A stretch of 64,000 nt of DNA, taken from contig OZ024740.1 of the NCBI GenBank assembly GCA_964016885.1, positions 231,756,001 through 231,820,000 of the forward strand, written 5' to 3'. Source of the DNA: Eledone cirrhosa. Taxonomy: Eukaryota. A program made the position numbers and the translations under genes. The notes beneath the pieces are model-generated. The model was given only the letters and a program-made list of their open reading frames with translations, searched no databases and was not told where the DNA came from. Below are positions 1 to 13,441 of this stretch, piece after piece; positions within the stretch are counted from its first letter, which is position 1, and each line of letters starts with the position of its first letter.

Positions 1-394
1 TAAAATCCAAAGAGGGCTCGATAAGGAAAATATATCAAATATATAAGAACCGTATGACTTATTATCTTCGTTTTTTTGTTCATTGCCAGAGAACGTCTCT
101 ATGCACCACCTAAGAGAACATTAGTCTACGACCTCTTTTATACCATAAACGTGGTTTTGTCTTTGCACGTAATTGTTTTTCACCGCTCCTATTAATGACG
201 TATTATTCGTTTTTTCCCGTTCTTTGCCAGCGAACGGTACCACGAACCAAAGTATCGTCTTCCTGTCTTCCTCCGGCTGCAACGTTTTTTGAAATATCCA
301 GTTCTGCGTTTACAGATTGACTTTGTTAGTTTCAGAAGATCCCGTTAAGGGTGAAAGCAGCGATTCTTTGCTTAAACTTTAATCTGTTATTTTA

Positions 395-400
<6 letters not shown>
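1..400 (+). repeat. Dispersed repeat ending in (TA)n with an HHR-like fold (probable PLE pLTR family); relatives at ~34590-34675, ~39750-39880, 40190-40310(-), 52460-52580(-)
   Basis: Shared start taaaatccaaagag and end gcgattctttgcttaaactttaatctgttattttaata(TA)n among copies. Confidence 0.7.
328..378 (+). ncRNA. Type I hammerhead-like motif with non-canonical core CAGAAGA (U4A)
   Basis: agttt-CAGAAGA-t ccc gttaa ggg t-GAAA-gca gcgattctt tgc-TT-aaact; stems I, II and III all pair. Confidence 0.6.
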
Positions 401-452
<52 letters not shown>

Positions 453-453
453 G

Positions 454-557
454 CATGCTACTGCACGTCTGTATACATATATGTATGTACGTATACATAC
501 ATACTTACATTTAAGTAAGTGCCGTACTAAGAGTGAGAAATGAAATTTCGTTTCATT
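454..557. repeat. Diverged fragment of the 422-bp array monomer
   Basis: ctactgcacgtctgtatacatatatgtatgtacg...gccgtactaagagtgagaaatgaaat aligns with ~59445-59545. Confidence 0.75.
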
Positions 558-561
558 CTAT

Positions 562-597
<36 letters not shown>

Positions 598-601
<4 letters not shown>

Positions 602-1205
602 GGTCACCACTTGGTGCTACTGGTAACATGCATCCCAGTACAACCTGTCTCATGGTCGGGTCGTTGGTGACTAAACTGGCAACCCCACCAAGGTTTCTTG
701 GTGAGGAGGGTGACTTTGGACATCCTGCAGGACTAAAAACAAAACCTGTCAAAGGGCAAAGGAGCTCTTAAAGTCAATGGCCATCCAAAATCAGCGGGAG
801 AGATGACCCCTTAGCCTTTGTCAAGGCAGAATTCGAGGAGAAGGAAAACTCTGATATAACACCTGCAACCCTGATGGTATCCAATGATGCTGACTTGTTC
901 TTCTTTTTGGTAAATATCATCTTGGTTAAGAGAGTGGGAATGGCTTTGTGTAGTGCCTTTGCTCACTAGAAAAGCTCCACGGCACAGGCATTGCTTTATA
1001 TCTGGAGATCTCTCTGCACTTGTCGTCACATGGTACCATGGGCCCAGCACTATGTGTCAATAATTGTCACAAGTGTAGTATCTGTACCAGAGCTTTCAAG
1101 TCGCTGGCTGGACTAAAAAGTCACACTCGTTCAGCGCATCAGTAGGGGTTCTCCTACATGGATATAAAGTAGTGGCCGTACTCGAAAACGAGTTGGCAGC
1201 CACCA
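598..1205 (+). mobile_element. ~610-bp non-autonomous retroelement, probably RTE-derived
   Basis: Near-identical reverse-complement copy at 37300-37910; contains aggagaaggaaaactctga, resembling RTE 5' UTR motifs; microsatellite flanks. Confidence 0.6.
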
Positions 1206-1239
1206 TATATATATGTGCGTGTGTATGTATATATATATG

Positions 1240-1273
<34 letters not shown>

Positions 1274-1763
1274 TGTATGTATATATATATGTATGTATGT
1301 GTGTGTGTGTGTGTCTGTGTGTGTGTGTCTGTGTGTGTGTATGTGTGTGTGTGTGTGTATTTTAGTAGTCTAGGAAAGATATATTAACAAACTCTGTAAC
1401 GTAATGTTGAAAAGTAATAACTTTTCCTACACGGCGAACACAATCACTACTTCATCAACATAAGCATACAGAGCACGAATGAATGAAGTTTGTGGGTACT
1501 CAACTGCCAAATATATCTCGTGTCAAGCCCCGAGGTCTTAGCAAAGTAGAATGCAATCAGTCTCCTTCCTCCCTCTCTCTCCCTCTCTCTCCCTCTCTTT
1601 CCTCTGTATACATATGTATATATAAACGCTCCCCACCTTCACACATATATATATAAATATAAATTGTATGTGAATCAGTGAAATACTAGAGGTGGTACAA
1701 AATGAACCCTCGATGCACAGGTAGTGTGTATATAATTTGAAAAACCATGAAGTTTCATTAACA

Positions 1764-1914
1764 TGTATTTATGTTTTTATTGTATATCGACCTGTACGCG
1801 CGATTACAAGATGATTGAGCAGACCAATCCTGGAGTCGGGTCCATGGGTAACCTTGAACCAATCATCTGCGAAAAGCGCGTAATATGTCAATATACTATA
1901 AATACATAAATGCA
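1764..1914 (+). repeat. Old inverted repeat enclosing a degenerate HHR-like motif (1811-1884) of the 27625/43780 family
   Basis: Imperfect arms 1764-1800 and 1876-1914; gcaga...gagtcggg...aaccttga...tctgc GAAA agcgcg TA. Confidence 0.5.
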
Positions 1915-2074
1915 TGTAAACGAATCTTTTCTTGTATAAATATATATATTATATATATGTGTTTTCAAATCCCGTCGAGGTTAACTTTGTCTTTCATCCT
2001 TACGGAGTCGATAAAATAAAGTACCAGTAATGCACTGGTATAATTGCTGGCCTTGTGCCAAAAGTAGAAACAAT

Positions 2075-2111
<37 letters not shown>

Positions 2112-2174
2112 GTGCGAGTGTGTATATATATGTGTGTATAGCTATCTACCTATCTATACAGGCACACACACACA

Positions 2175-2239
<65 letters not shown>

Positions 2240-2281
2240 CATACATACACAGTTCAAGAGTAACCAATCTTAAAGAGAGAG

Positions 2282-2340
2282 ATGGAGATATGAGAGGAGA
2301 TATGAGAGGAGATATGAGAGGAGATATGAGAGGAGAGATT
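2282..2340 (+). repeat. 12-bp tandem repeat (ggagatatgaga) x ~5
   Basis: Direct reading. Confidence 0.9.
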
Positions 2341-2879
2341 GGTGAATTAGTTAGAAGCCAAAGCGTAATGGCATGGGCGAGAGGTGGAGACTGTAACGAT
2401 GAGCGTGGGGCTGAGAATGAATGAGAGTAAGACGAAGTATCTGATCCAGAAATATTATATGGGGTAGCGAAACAATTGTAAACGGACATTATTATTATTA
2501 ATATTATTATTATTTATAAAATAAAGTACCAGTAATGTACTGAGTAATTGCTTGCCTTGTGCCTAAAATAGAAACAATTATTATTAATATTATTATTATT
2601 ATTATTCTCTACATTCCTTACATCAAACTAAAATATGTTGACAATCTTTTAATAATGTTTTCCTTGTGAAATTTGTGGTCTTGTTTTGCTTAACTAATGA
2701 ATATATATATATATATATGAAAAAGTGAGTCCTTCATCAGTGACCCTCCAACCGTCCTAGGCATTTCATCGCTTTAAGGGCCATATGCCTCAGGTTGGTG
2801 CGAACAACGGCTAAAAAAAGTCGTGTCGGGACGCCAGGGTAACAACAAATATATATACACACATAAGTTTATACTTTTA

Positions 2880-3680
2880 TTGTGTACTAGAGAAACACCA
2901 GGACTCGGGATTTTCTCTATCATCGGCTCAGAGCAGGATAGTTAAGGCTAAAAAGATATCAGATGCTGAATTTACTGATTGCATAGTTCTGGTGACAAAC
3001 GCAGTGAAGGCGGTAGAGCAGTTGATGCTAGAGGTGGAGACTGTAACGATGAGCGTGGGACTGAGAATGAATGAGAGTAAGACGAAGTATCTGGTAGAAA
3101 ACATTAAGGAACCAGAGAAAATTATGAATGTGCGCGGGAAGCCACTAGAGCTGGTAGAGGGCTTTCTGTATCTGGGGCTAAAGATTGGGAACGCAGAGGA
3201 TGATGTGGTGGAGAGGGAGGAAGAGTAAAATCCTGAAGATCCGTCAGTTCGTTGCTACAGTGGAGTCTGTGCTGCTGTACGGGTCTGAGACTTGGAGATT
3301 GATCTAGAGACTCACTCAGATGGTGGATTGGTGCTACACGAGAATGCTGAGGATGGCTCTGAACATTAACCAGTATGCATTGAGGATGAAAAACTCAGAG
3401 CTGTACGGCAGCCTCCCTAAAATCATCTCGAAAATGACACAGAGGAGAATGAGCTTAGCTGGACATGATCACCGACATTAGGAGTTGCCACTACACTCAT
3501 TGGTCCTGTCGGAGCCACTACCGGAAAGAGAGACCAAGGATGACATATGTTGATGCCCTAAAGACAGAAACTGGTCTCTGGAAACCGCGGGACATAGCGG
3601 CGAGGATGAAGGACAGACACCGCTGCAGTAAACTCGTACATTGGTCTCTGGAACTGTGCCCGCCCTAGATAGGTAGATAT
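2880..3680 (+). pseudogene. RTE-clade LINE reverse transcriptase C-terminal remnant with stops/frameshifts
   Basis: Translates to VGLRMNESKTKYL, FLYLG, VESVLLYGSETW, YTRMLRMAL, RRMSLAGH; a ~65-bp piece is duplicated at 2380-2445. Confidence 0.88.
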
Positions 3681-4304
3681 ATGATGGCGTCAACAAAGAG
3701 TAGAGGCAAAAATTCCTGAGTTATGCAATCTGTATAAAGTGTCTACATACAAATAGATTCTCGCATTTTAATATAGTGTGTGTGAAAACTTCAATAAATC
3801 GAGACTATCCTCATAATATGACGATCAAAATTCCTTTTAGCGATGTTCAGCTATGAAGAAAACGGCGAGGCTGAGTCCTCATATAACCAGATCTGATCAA
3901 GGTCTTTTGGAACAATTTTAGACAATGAATTCTCATGTCTGTTAAGAAACTTGGCAAAACCACGGTCATGTCTCGATCTCATATTTCTTAAAAAAAACCA
4001 TATTCACTTAATAGGTCGGCTAGACAAGAATGACCAAATATAGGCAGGAAAAGGGAAGTTCATTATGCGCTCTTAGTGAACAAAGAGAGTTCAAACGAAA
4101 ATGCCTGAGGTGAGATTTATATATATATATATACATACATACATACATACATACATACATACATACATACATACAGAGAGAGAGGGGGACGCACACACAC
4201 ACATACATATATATATACTGGTTTTTACCGCTTCCATTTTGATATATATATATATATATGAATGATATTAATAAATGGAAACTATATTTATAAAACCATA
4301 TTTA

Positions 4305-4361
4305 TTCTATTATATATATTTCATGGGTACCAAAACTTTGGTATGCGCTCATCAGATAAAA
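4305..4361 (-). ncRNA. Type I hammerhead ribozyme motif (same family as 55956)
   Basis: Reverse complement: ttttat-CTGATGA-gcgca tacca aagttt tggta cccat-GAAA-tatata-TA-atagaa. Confidence 0.65.
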
Positions 4362-4754
4362 TACAAAGTTTGTTTATTAAATATTGACATACCCAGGAAT
4401 GATATCTTAACGGTTCAACTTTCTCCTGGATAGTGAAAGGAAGGAGAGAGAGAAAGAGCGGGCACTTTCATTCGGGACATGCTCGCTTCTCTCACTCACC
4501 TTTCAACAAATTGCTTTGAAGTTAGCACTTCTGTCTCTTGCCTGATTAATAACAACAACAAGGCAACACCATTAACGTCACAACCATGAACAATATCACA
4601 GATAACAATATCATCATTTACTTTATCGTACCATCAGCAACACAAAATACCCTTTCACAAGAACCACCGATACACAAGCCCGTGCACTGGTAATAAGCCC
4701 AAGCCAGGTGTGAAATATAGGGTCCCACCTCAAACTACTAATTAACTAATTTCA

Positions 4755-5158
4755 TAATTGTTTCTACTTTTGGCACAAGGCCAGCAATTATCCAGTCCAT
4801 TACTGGTACTTTATTTTATCGACCCCGTAAGGATGAAAGGCCAAGTTAACCCCGGCGGGATTTGAACTCAGATTATAAAGGGAGGTAACTCTATGCTTCA
4901 AAGCATGGCGCCCGACCCTCTACCGATACTGCCAATCCACCGCCCTTTAAATAATTAAATAATATCATAATTGTTTCTACGTTAGGCACAAGGCCAGCAA
5001 TTACTCAGTGTATTACTGGTACTTTATTTTATCGACCCCGTAAGGATGAAAGGCAAAGTTAACCTCGGCGGGATTTGAACTCAGAATGGCAAGGGCCGTA
5101 ACTCTATGTGTCAAAGCATGGCGTCCGACCCTCTACCGATACTGCCAATCCACCGCCC
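4755..5158 (-). mobile_element. Two tandem tRNA-derived SINEs with a Nin/Deu-type central domain
   Basis: Reverse complement: gggcggtggattggcag...gagttcaaatcccgccgaggttaactttgcctttcatccttacggggtcgataaaataaagtaccagt; A/B-box-like head; many copies in window. Confidence 0.85.
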
Positions 5159-5314
5159 TAGCCTCTATATCATAATAATAGCTAAATACATATGGTATAT
5201 GTTTGAGTTACAAGTAAGTGCTTGTACATATGATATACTTTCAAGTAATAGAACAGAATAAAAGAGCTAAAATTTGACTCTCTTCTGTCATGCCAATACC
5301 AACTATAAGAACTA

Positions 5315-5635
5315 GCGCTCCGTTGGTTACAGTGATGAGTATTCTAGTTGATTCAATCATCGGAACAACCTGCTTCTGAAATAAACTTGCAAGTGGCTGC
5401 ACATTCAACAGACACGTGTACCCATAACATAATTCTCGGGGGGGGGGGGGGGGGGGGTCAGCGAGACACAAAATGTGACAAGGTTGGCCCTTCGAATTAC
5501 AAGTGCATCTCAGTGGAGTGATGCAACGAGAAATAAGGTGTCTTGCTCAAGGTCTCAACACACCTTCAGGAATCGAACTTACAATCGTAAGATCGTGAGC
5601 CGAAGGCCCTAATCACTAAGCCTCGCGTCTTCACT
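5315..5635 (-). mobile_element. tRNA-derived CORE-type SINE (second family); body fragment also at ~8830-9015(+)
   Basis: Reverse complement B box gttcgattcc followed by ccttgagcaagacacct and gccaaccttgtcac...gccacttgca body. Confidence 0.7.
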
Positions 5636-5685
5636 AATGCCAGTAATACCATCACACAAACCATCATTATCAACAGCACATACAA

Positions 5686-5864
5686 CAGACTGCGTCGGAT
5701 TAAGTATTTAGAGGCCCTAAACCCTGAAAGGATTATAGTATTCCATATACTATATATGGAACAAAGTCAATATATTTACTGTATTGGAAAACATTCTATA
5801 GAGTCCCTCTTTAATTGAGGCCCTAAGATTGTGCTTATTTTACTTAATAGTTAATTAAGGTCTG
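5686..5864. mobile_element. Probable degenerate MITE
   Basis: Termini cagac...ggattaag / ttaattaaggtctg with internal gaggcccta motifs; no clean TSD. Confidence 0.4.
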
Positions 5865-6439
5865 CCAGCAACAACAATATAACTATCACCATCAACACTA
5901 TGGTCACTTGACCTGTAGGAATCATCAGCTAAATTCCCTCAAATATACAATACGTTTTTTAAAAAGAATGGTTAACACTGGATAAGGTAACACCCGATAT
6001 TACAAAACAATCAAAGAAACAATAACAGGCTGGTCCCAACTGGAATACTTTTGAAGATAGTTCTACTTTAGCATGAAAGACTTATGACAAAATCTTACCA
6101 AAATTCTTACTAGCACAACGACCAACGTGACTAAAATATCGTTACCGCCAACAATTTTATAATCACCAGCTGTATTCAAGTGTGAAAGGTGGAAAATAGT
6201 ACAACAAACGAGGGAAACAGCAACAACACATGCCATTACTACCACCACAGTTACAAATGTTATCATCAACAAGACTATCAATAGTAAACACAAAGGGTTG
6301 AATAAAGCATCTTTTAAAAAAAATTAAAAGAATACGTGAAAACAACAAATCAAAGCGTGCTAAGTTTTGGCACTAAACACTACTTACCACATTTTCGCCG
6401 GTCACTTTTTGCTCCGTCATGTTTACAGGACAGGACAGC

Positions 6440-6577
6440 TGATGGCAACAGTTATAGCAGTAACAACAGCAGCAACGGCAGTAACAACAACAGTAGAATT
6501 AGAGCAGCAGCAGCTGCAGCAGTAACAATAACAGCAGCACAGCAGCAGCAGTAACAAAAACAAAAAAAAAATAATAA

Positions 6578-6618
<41 letters not shown>

Positions 6619-7385
6619 ACGGCAGTAACAACAACAGAAGAACTAGAGCAGCAGCAGTTGCAGCAGTAACAATAACAGCAGCAACAACAGCAGCAGCAGT
6701 AACAGTAACAACGAAAATAACAACAACAACAACAACAATAACAGTAGTTATAGCAGTAACAACAGAACCAACAGCAGCAACAGTAACAGTGACAACAGAG
6801 GTGACAACAACACAAATAACAACAACAGCAGCAGCAATAACAATGATAGTAGTAGCAGCAGCAGCAGCAGCAACAGTAACAGTAGTAACAGTAACAACAG
6901 CAGTAATAATGGTTTCTTATATAGGCACAAGGCCAGCAATATTGGTGGGAGGGAAACGTCGATTAAATCGACCCCAGTGCGTGACTGGTACTTTATTTTA
7001 TCGACCCCCGTAAGAATGAAAAGCAAAGTTAACCTTCGGCGGGATTTGAACTCAGATCATAAAGGGCCGTAACTCTATGCTGCAAAGCATGGCGTCCGAC
7101 CCTCTACTTATACTGGCAATCCACCACCCTAACAACAGCAGTAATAGTAACAAAGGTAGCAACAGCAGCAATAGTAACAAGAGTAGTAGCAACTGTAAGA
7201 GTAAAAACAATAGTAACAGCAGCAACAGTAGTACTATTATCAACAACAGTAACAGTAACACAACTAACAACAACACATGTAACTAACACAGGAGCAACAA
7301 CAATAAATAATAATAGATGTAGCAGAAGTTACAACTGCTGCCTCAGCAACCACAGTGACAACACTAGTAGTAGTAGTAGTAGTAT

Positions 7386-7425
<40 letters not shown>

Positions 7426-7558
7426 GGTGGTGGTGGTGGTGGTGGTGGTGGTGGTGGTGGTGGTGGTGGTGGTGGTGGTGGTAGTAGTGGTGGTGGTGGT
7501 GGTGGTGGTGGTGGTGGTGGTGGTAGTGGTGGTGGTGGTAGTAGTAGTAGTAGTGGTG

Positions 7559-7599
<41 letters not shown>

Positions 7600-7792
7600 G
7601 GTGGTAGTAGTAGTAGTGTTGTTGTTGGTGGTGGTGGTGGTGGTGGTGGTGGTGGTGGTGGTGGTGGTGGTGGTGGTAGTGGTGGTGGTGGTGGTAGTAG
7701 TAGTAGTAGTGGTGGTGGTGGTGGTGGTGGTGGTGGTGGTGGTGGTGGTAGTAGTGGTGGTGGTGGTGGTGGTGGTGGTGGTGGTGGTGGTA

Positions 7793-7842
<50 letters not shown>

Positions 7843-7911
7843 GGTGGATGTAATAGTAGTAGTAATAGTATGTAGTAACAGCAGCAGGAGCAGTAGTAGT
7901 AGTAGTAATAG

Positions 7912-7959
<48 letters not shown>

Positions 7960-7960
7960 G
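6440..7960. repeat. Compound triplet microsatellites (CAG/CAA/GTA/GTG/TAC) interrupted by a SINE
   Basis: Direct reading; poly-Q/V/T/L ORFs are artefacts. Confidence 0.95.
6910..7130 (-). mobile_element. Nin-type tRNA SINE
   Basis: Same family as 4755-5158. Confidence 0.85.
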
Positions 7961-8029
7961 AAGAAGAAGAAGAGGGGGGAGGGGCTAAAATAATTAGAAA
8001 GTAGAGAGAGGGAGACAATCATTGTGTGA

Positions 8030-8350
8030 GTGAAAGTGTGTGTATATATGTGAAAGTGTGTGTATATATGTGAAAGTGTGTGTATATATGTGAAAGTGTG
8101 TGTATATATGTGAAAGTGTGTGTATATATGTGAAAGTGTGTGTATATATGTGAAAGTGTGTGTATATATGTGAAAGTGTGTGTATATATGTGAAAGTGTG
8201 TGTGTATATGTGAAAGTGTGTGTGTATATGTGAAAGTGTGTGTATATATGTGAAAGTGTGTGTATATATGTGAAAGTGTGTGTATATATGTGAAAGTCTG
8301 TGTATATATGTGAAAGTGTTTATATGTGTGAAAGTGTTTATGTGTGTGAA
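8030..8350 (+). repeat. 20-bp minisatellite (gtgaaagtgtgtgtatatat) x ~16
   Basis: Direct reading. Confidence 0.95.
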
Positions 8351-8468
8351 AATATGTTTGGTGTGAGTTGGCAGTATGAGTAAAAGTGTATGTTTGAGTG
8401 ACAGTGATCAAAAGATGAAAGTTAGCTGTCATGCAATTGTCAGCCCATGCTCAATTGTTTTAGACGCT

Positions 8469-8500
<32 letters not shown>

Positions 8501-8739
8501 ACTCCGCCCTCTCTCTCTATCTCTCTCTTTTCTCCATCTATCTCTCTCTAATTTTCCTCACGACTACCACCAACACAAACTTCATAACGGCGACTTACTC
8601 TACTGTACAATCATCATTATAAACCACCACCACCACCACCACCACCACCACCACCACCATCAACATCACAATTACCACTAGTAGTAGTCGTAGTAGTAGT
8701 TGTTGTCGTCGTAGTAGGTGTTGGTAGTCGGGGTGTGTG

Positions 8740-8786
<47 letters not shown>

Positions 8787-9154
8787 GTGATGCTGTTTAT
8801 GATGGTGTTGATAAGGCATGACGATAAATGGTTTGCATGCCCTTCGGATGAAGTGTAACTGTATTTCAGAGAGCCAACCTTGTCATACACTGAATCTCCT
8901 CGGGAATTAGATGTGCCAGTGGAATGCTCAGCTACTTGCACGTTAATTTCCCGAGCGTGCTGTTCCGTTGAATGTACAAATGTAGCACTCATTGTCGAAA
9001 CCGATGGAAGTCCATTGCCTCTTCGACTTGCAGCATTGGCTAAGATAACACTTTGCTGAGGAGGTTATATAAAATGGAAACGTATAGTTTTCATCAAACT
9101 ATCAAAATCATACCCACTATCTATTACATTGGTCATATTCTATTTTGAAATTAA

Positions 9155-10618
9155 TCTCTCTCTATATATAAAATTCTTCGTCTCTCTGTCTGGCTGTCTG
9201 TTTGTCTTTTCCTTATGCATTTCCAAATGTCTTGACCAAATCAAATCAAATTTTACAAGGTAATAATATAAGACCCCGAAAGTAAAAACATGTAATTTTT
9301 ATTTTCATTTGGATTAAAACAACATAACACTTTATCTAAAATAATCTACTATAGACACTTAAGTAAACGGATATTTTATAACACGACGACGACGACGTCA
9401 CATTTTGTATATGAGTGTGTATGTGTCTGTGAGCGTGTGTGTGTTTGCGCGCTCGTTACGTACGTTACGCCTCAGTAAGCTACATACACACACACATCTT
9501 CACGTAAGTATTTAATCAGATACAAAGAGAATTAAACACACACACACACACATACACATACATATACATATTTGCCAATTGACAAAAAGCTGAGGTAAGA
9601 GGCTATGCGTGTGTTTGCGTGAATGTTTGTCTGTTGTGTCTGTCTTAGTATATGTGTCTGACTGTATGTGAGAGTGTATGTATATGTGTGTTTGTACGCT
9701 TATATTCATATACTCATACACAACACATACATATATATGTATACATACATACATTTCAGTGATACTGACATAACGAAACGCTGGGGGTGAAACTCTATGT
9801 GTGTGTTTGTAATGAATGTATATCCGTGTGTGTGTTTTTATAAGGATATGTTTGTGTGAATGTATCTATGTCTGTCTGTGGGTTTATATTCATGTTCTCA
9901 AAGTTAACACATACATCAGAAATGACTTGTCGATCAGGCTGTTCAATACCCTGTCGAATTTCTGAATTCACTTAAACCCAATGGGATGCCACCGCATGTC
10001 TTGAGACTAAAGCTGGGTGCTCCCATTATGTTGCTTAAGAATATTGACCCACCTCGCCTGTGTAATGGAACTCGCTTATTTGTTACTTCCATGAAGCCCA
10101 ATGTCCTAGAGGCAACAATCATAACAGGTAGTCACAAAGGAGAACATATCTTTATTCCAAACATTTCTCTCATACCTACAGATGTTCCATTTGAATTTAA
10201 AAGGTTTCAGTTTCCAGTGAAACTAAGTTTTCTTATTTCAATTAACAAATCTCAGGGTCAATCCCTCAATGTAGTTAGACTTAACCTCTCCACTACATGT
10301 TTCTCCCGCGGTTAACTCTATGTTGGTTGCTCACGAGTTGGAACCAGCAACATTTTATTCATTTGCACACCAACAAAAAACAAAAAACAAAAAAAAAAAA
10401 AAAAAAAAAAACACAATGAATATTGTTTAGCCTGAGTGCTTCAAAATTTACAGATTTTCTTTTCTAAATTCTATCGTCATTACAATTTTGATATTTAAAA
10501 AAATAAAATATAGATATTTTGAAATAATTATGAGAAAATAAATATATCTTCATATTTATTGTTTATTAATCTGAATAAGAACAGCAGTTAACCGGGCGAC
10601 GCCAGATCTTTCAGCTAT
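9155..10618 (+). mobile_element. Non-autonomous Helitron
   Basis: A|TC...tatatataaaa 5' end; PIF1 helicase remnant; 3' GC-rich hairpin ccgggcgacgccag followed by degenerate CTAG (CTAT)|T. Confidence 0.8.
9932..10430 (+). pseudogene. Helitron PIF1-family helicase C-terminal fragment
   Basis: YPVEFLNSL...[32 protein letters not shown]...[18 protein letters not shown]...FSRG*LYVGCSRV. Confidence 0.93.
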
Positions 10619-10990
10619 TCTTAAATAAAGTTTGACAGTTGTCTGTCTTACTTAAACATAATTGATAATTAAGCTAATGATTCTTTTGTTTTCAAAAAGT
10701 TTGCCATTATAATTAATAAACATGTTTTACTTCACGAAATTAAATATGTTAGCATAAAATCACCGACCTTATCATTTGGTTTTCATGCGGAGCGTGACGT
10801 TGAGTCTTCCTTCTCTCTAGTTCTGAGTGTACATGTATCAGCTGTATCAGCATATGTAGAATGTAGCTGTACTTATGTGCATTATATTTAGATATGTGTA
10901 TGAATGTATGACACAGTACACACATCTCTCTCTCCCTCACTCTCTCTCTCCCTCTCTCTCTTTCTTTCTCTCCCTCTATCTATCTCTCTA

Positions 10991-11021
<31 letters not shown>

Positions 11022-11029
11022 TTTTTTTT

Positions 11030-11990
11030 TTATACTTTGGGAGGGTCATGTTGCCAATAAAACACACGCACCTGTTGTATTTCACTTCAATTTATTATAA
11101 ATCTCCGGTTGGTTGGTTCGATAACCGGAAAGTTGTTTACAAATTGTCAAAGCTCTTTCATCACACATTCTGTGACCTCCTCAGTAACTAGGTTTTTATT
11201 TTGTGTGTCGCTCCTTTGTTCTGTCCTACACCATCTTGTTTTTGTGTGTTGTGTGTTTAGTTTGCGCATGCGTTACATCCGGGTGTGTGTGTGTGTTTAT
11301 TTATTTATTTATTTATGTGTTTATTTATTTGTCACTAGCTGGTTGTTTGTTCTATCTGTGTGTATCTGATTTGTTTTGTTTATTTGTTTGTTTTGTTTGT
11401 GTCTGTATGTCTTCATTTTATACTTAATTACAGGTTTTCTGTTTAATTTTGGTTGGGTTTCGTTTATATTTATCTTCTTTGTGATTTGTCTGAGCATTGT
11501 ATCTTTTCTGTGTGTGGATATAATTTTTATCTCTATGTTCTCTAATGTGCCCCTTTGTTTGATTTTGGCATGTTGGTGGAGTACTAATGAATTTTTCCCA
11601 TCATGCAGTTCTCGCCAATATTTACTTATCCTTTCTCCTATACTACGGGCTGTTCACATATCTATGTTATGTTCTTATTCCTACACTGTCCTTCAGTACA
11701 TCTTATACTATATACTACGTTCCTAGTTTTGCAGTTAGTTTGCAGGCTTAGCCTGCAGACTATGCATTTCCTAACAGCACAGGGGGGTTTTTGAAATGGG
11801 TATGTTTTACTAATTAGGATTTTTATGGGATCCTGGTCTTTCAACTATCTTAATATATAACTTGAGCTTGTCTAGGGCCCTTCTAAATCTATAAGCTAGT
11901 TCGCCTCTAGGGGTTGTATGGACGAACATTACACTCTGGTATTTATTGCTATCATACCATATGGATATGCTGGTGGTGCTGGTGGGGTGA
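11030..11990 (-). mobile_element. 5'-truncated Penelope-like element: degraded GIY-YIG region (~11430-11950) plus 3' pLTR ending at (TA)n
   Basis: SVMFVHTTPRGELAYRFR, IKIVERPG, CIVC...NCKTRNVVYSIRC...TARSIGERI...LHQHAKIK; HHR downstream. Confidence 0.8.
11146..11188 (-). ncRNA. Minimal type I hammerhead in PLE pLTR
   Basis: Reverse complement: gtta-CTGAGGA-g gtcaca gaatg tgtgat-GAAA-gagc-TT-tgac. Confidence 0.75.
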
Positions 11991-12386
11991 GAGGGCTATG
12001 ATACGGTAGGTTTCACGGGCGCAGGTTAGAGCAGCTTGGATCAGAGGGGGGGGGGGGGTATTTACGCTGGATGAAGCGGGAGGCCATGTGAAGGGAATGG
12101 GTTTTGAAATCGTGGTCCTGGCTACAGAGCCGGCGAAGACGTAGGAAATGGAAGTAGGGTTGAGAGAGTTTGGTGTGGGTTGGATGGGAGGAGGTGAAGT
12201 CGATGTAAGAGCGGGAGTCAGTAGATTTATAGAAGATGGAAATATATGTGTATCAGCCAGAAGCTATGAGAAAATCCAGAGACCCGAAAAGATGTCCGAG
12301 TGTTTATTCAACTAGAATCCAATGTGTAAATCCAATGTAGGAATCCAACAAATTTGAGGGTCAACGTAAGCGTAAATATATATATA

Positions 12387-12493
<107 letters not shown>

Positions 12494-12502
12494 TAGTAAA
12501 GG

Positions 12503-12540
12503 TGTCTAAACGTTTCGGACGCTAATCCTTTATCAGATGA
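12503..12540 (-). ncRNA. Degenerate hammerhead-like motif next to (TA)n; relative at ~15140-15178(-)
   Basis: Reverse complement CTGATAA-a gga ttagcg tcc-GAAACGTTT; relative TTGATGA-a ggac taat gtcc-TAAAC; stem I weak. Confidence 0.45.
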
Positions 12541-13314
12541 TGGAATTGGAAATTAAAGAAGAATTAGAAAGAGGAACCGGGGAAAAATGTTTTAGAGAAA
12601 AATGGAAAAAAATGTTTTAGAGAAAAATAACAGGTCCGTTCATGTTGCCATCTCTTGGAAAACTGTTGATTCTGGCGTTTTGTGTATGATATACATTTTT
12701 TGAAATGGTGATGATGGAGCGCGTCTATCTGTATATAGAGATGTACATCTGAATGTGCATATACGTGTGTGTGAGTGTGTGTGAGCACGCGTGTGTCTGT
12801 GTGTGTGTTATGATACGTCCGTACAAAGTTAAGAAGATATGTGTGTGTATATGTAAGTAAAAGAGTGTGTGAGTGTTTGTAAGTACGAAGCTGTGAGCAA
12901 AAGTGTGCATATATAAGGGAGTGTGTGTGTGTGTGTGTACAGAGTTGTGAAGGTAAATGTAGAGGTGTGTGTATGTTTCTTATCGATTTGAATAAGCTGT
13001 TATAGTGTATGATTCTGACCAAAGTACGCGCAAAAGTGTGGCAATGGACTGAGTAAACGTGACGCTGACAAGGGATAGAGTATACCGATCCTAAGGTCGG
13101 GGCATAGCTTCCATAGTTGTCCTTAAGTCAATGATCTGTGAAACCTGCATCTCAATTTACCATGACACAGTATATATGGAAAATATGTTCCTGACTAATA
13201 TACTAATAAAGTAGATCGAGCGACAGTTTCTTAAAAAATTATTTTCTGTTAATTAATATAGTGGCAATCGATGAAACTCAGAATAATATACGTATGTCTA
13301 TGTATTATTAGACA

Positions 13315-13441
<127 letters not shown>

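Noticed and set aside
598-760. Complete HDV-like or twister ribozyme
   Set aside because: P3/L3 and pseudoknot elements could not be assigned; kept only as a structured-RNA possibility
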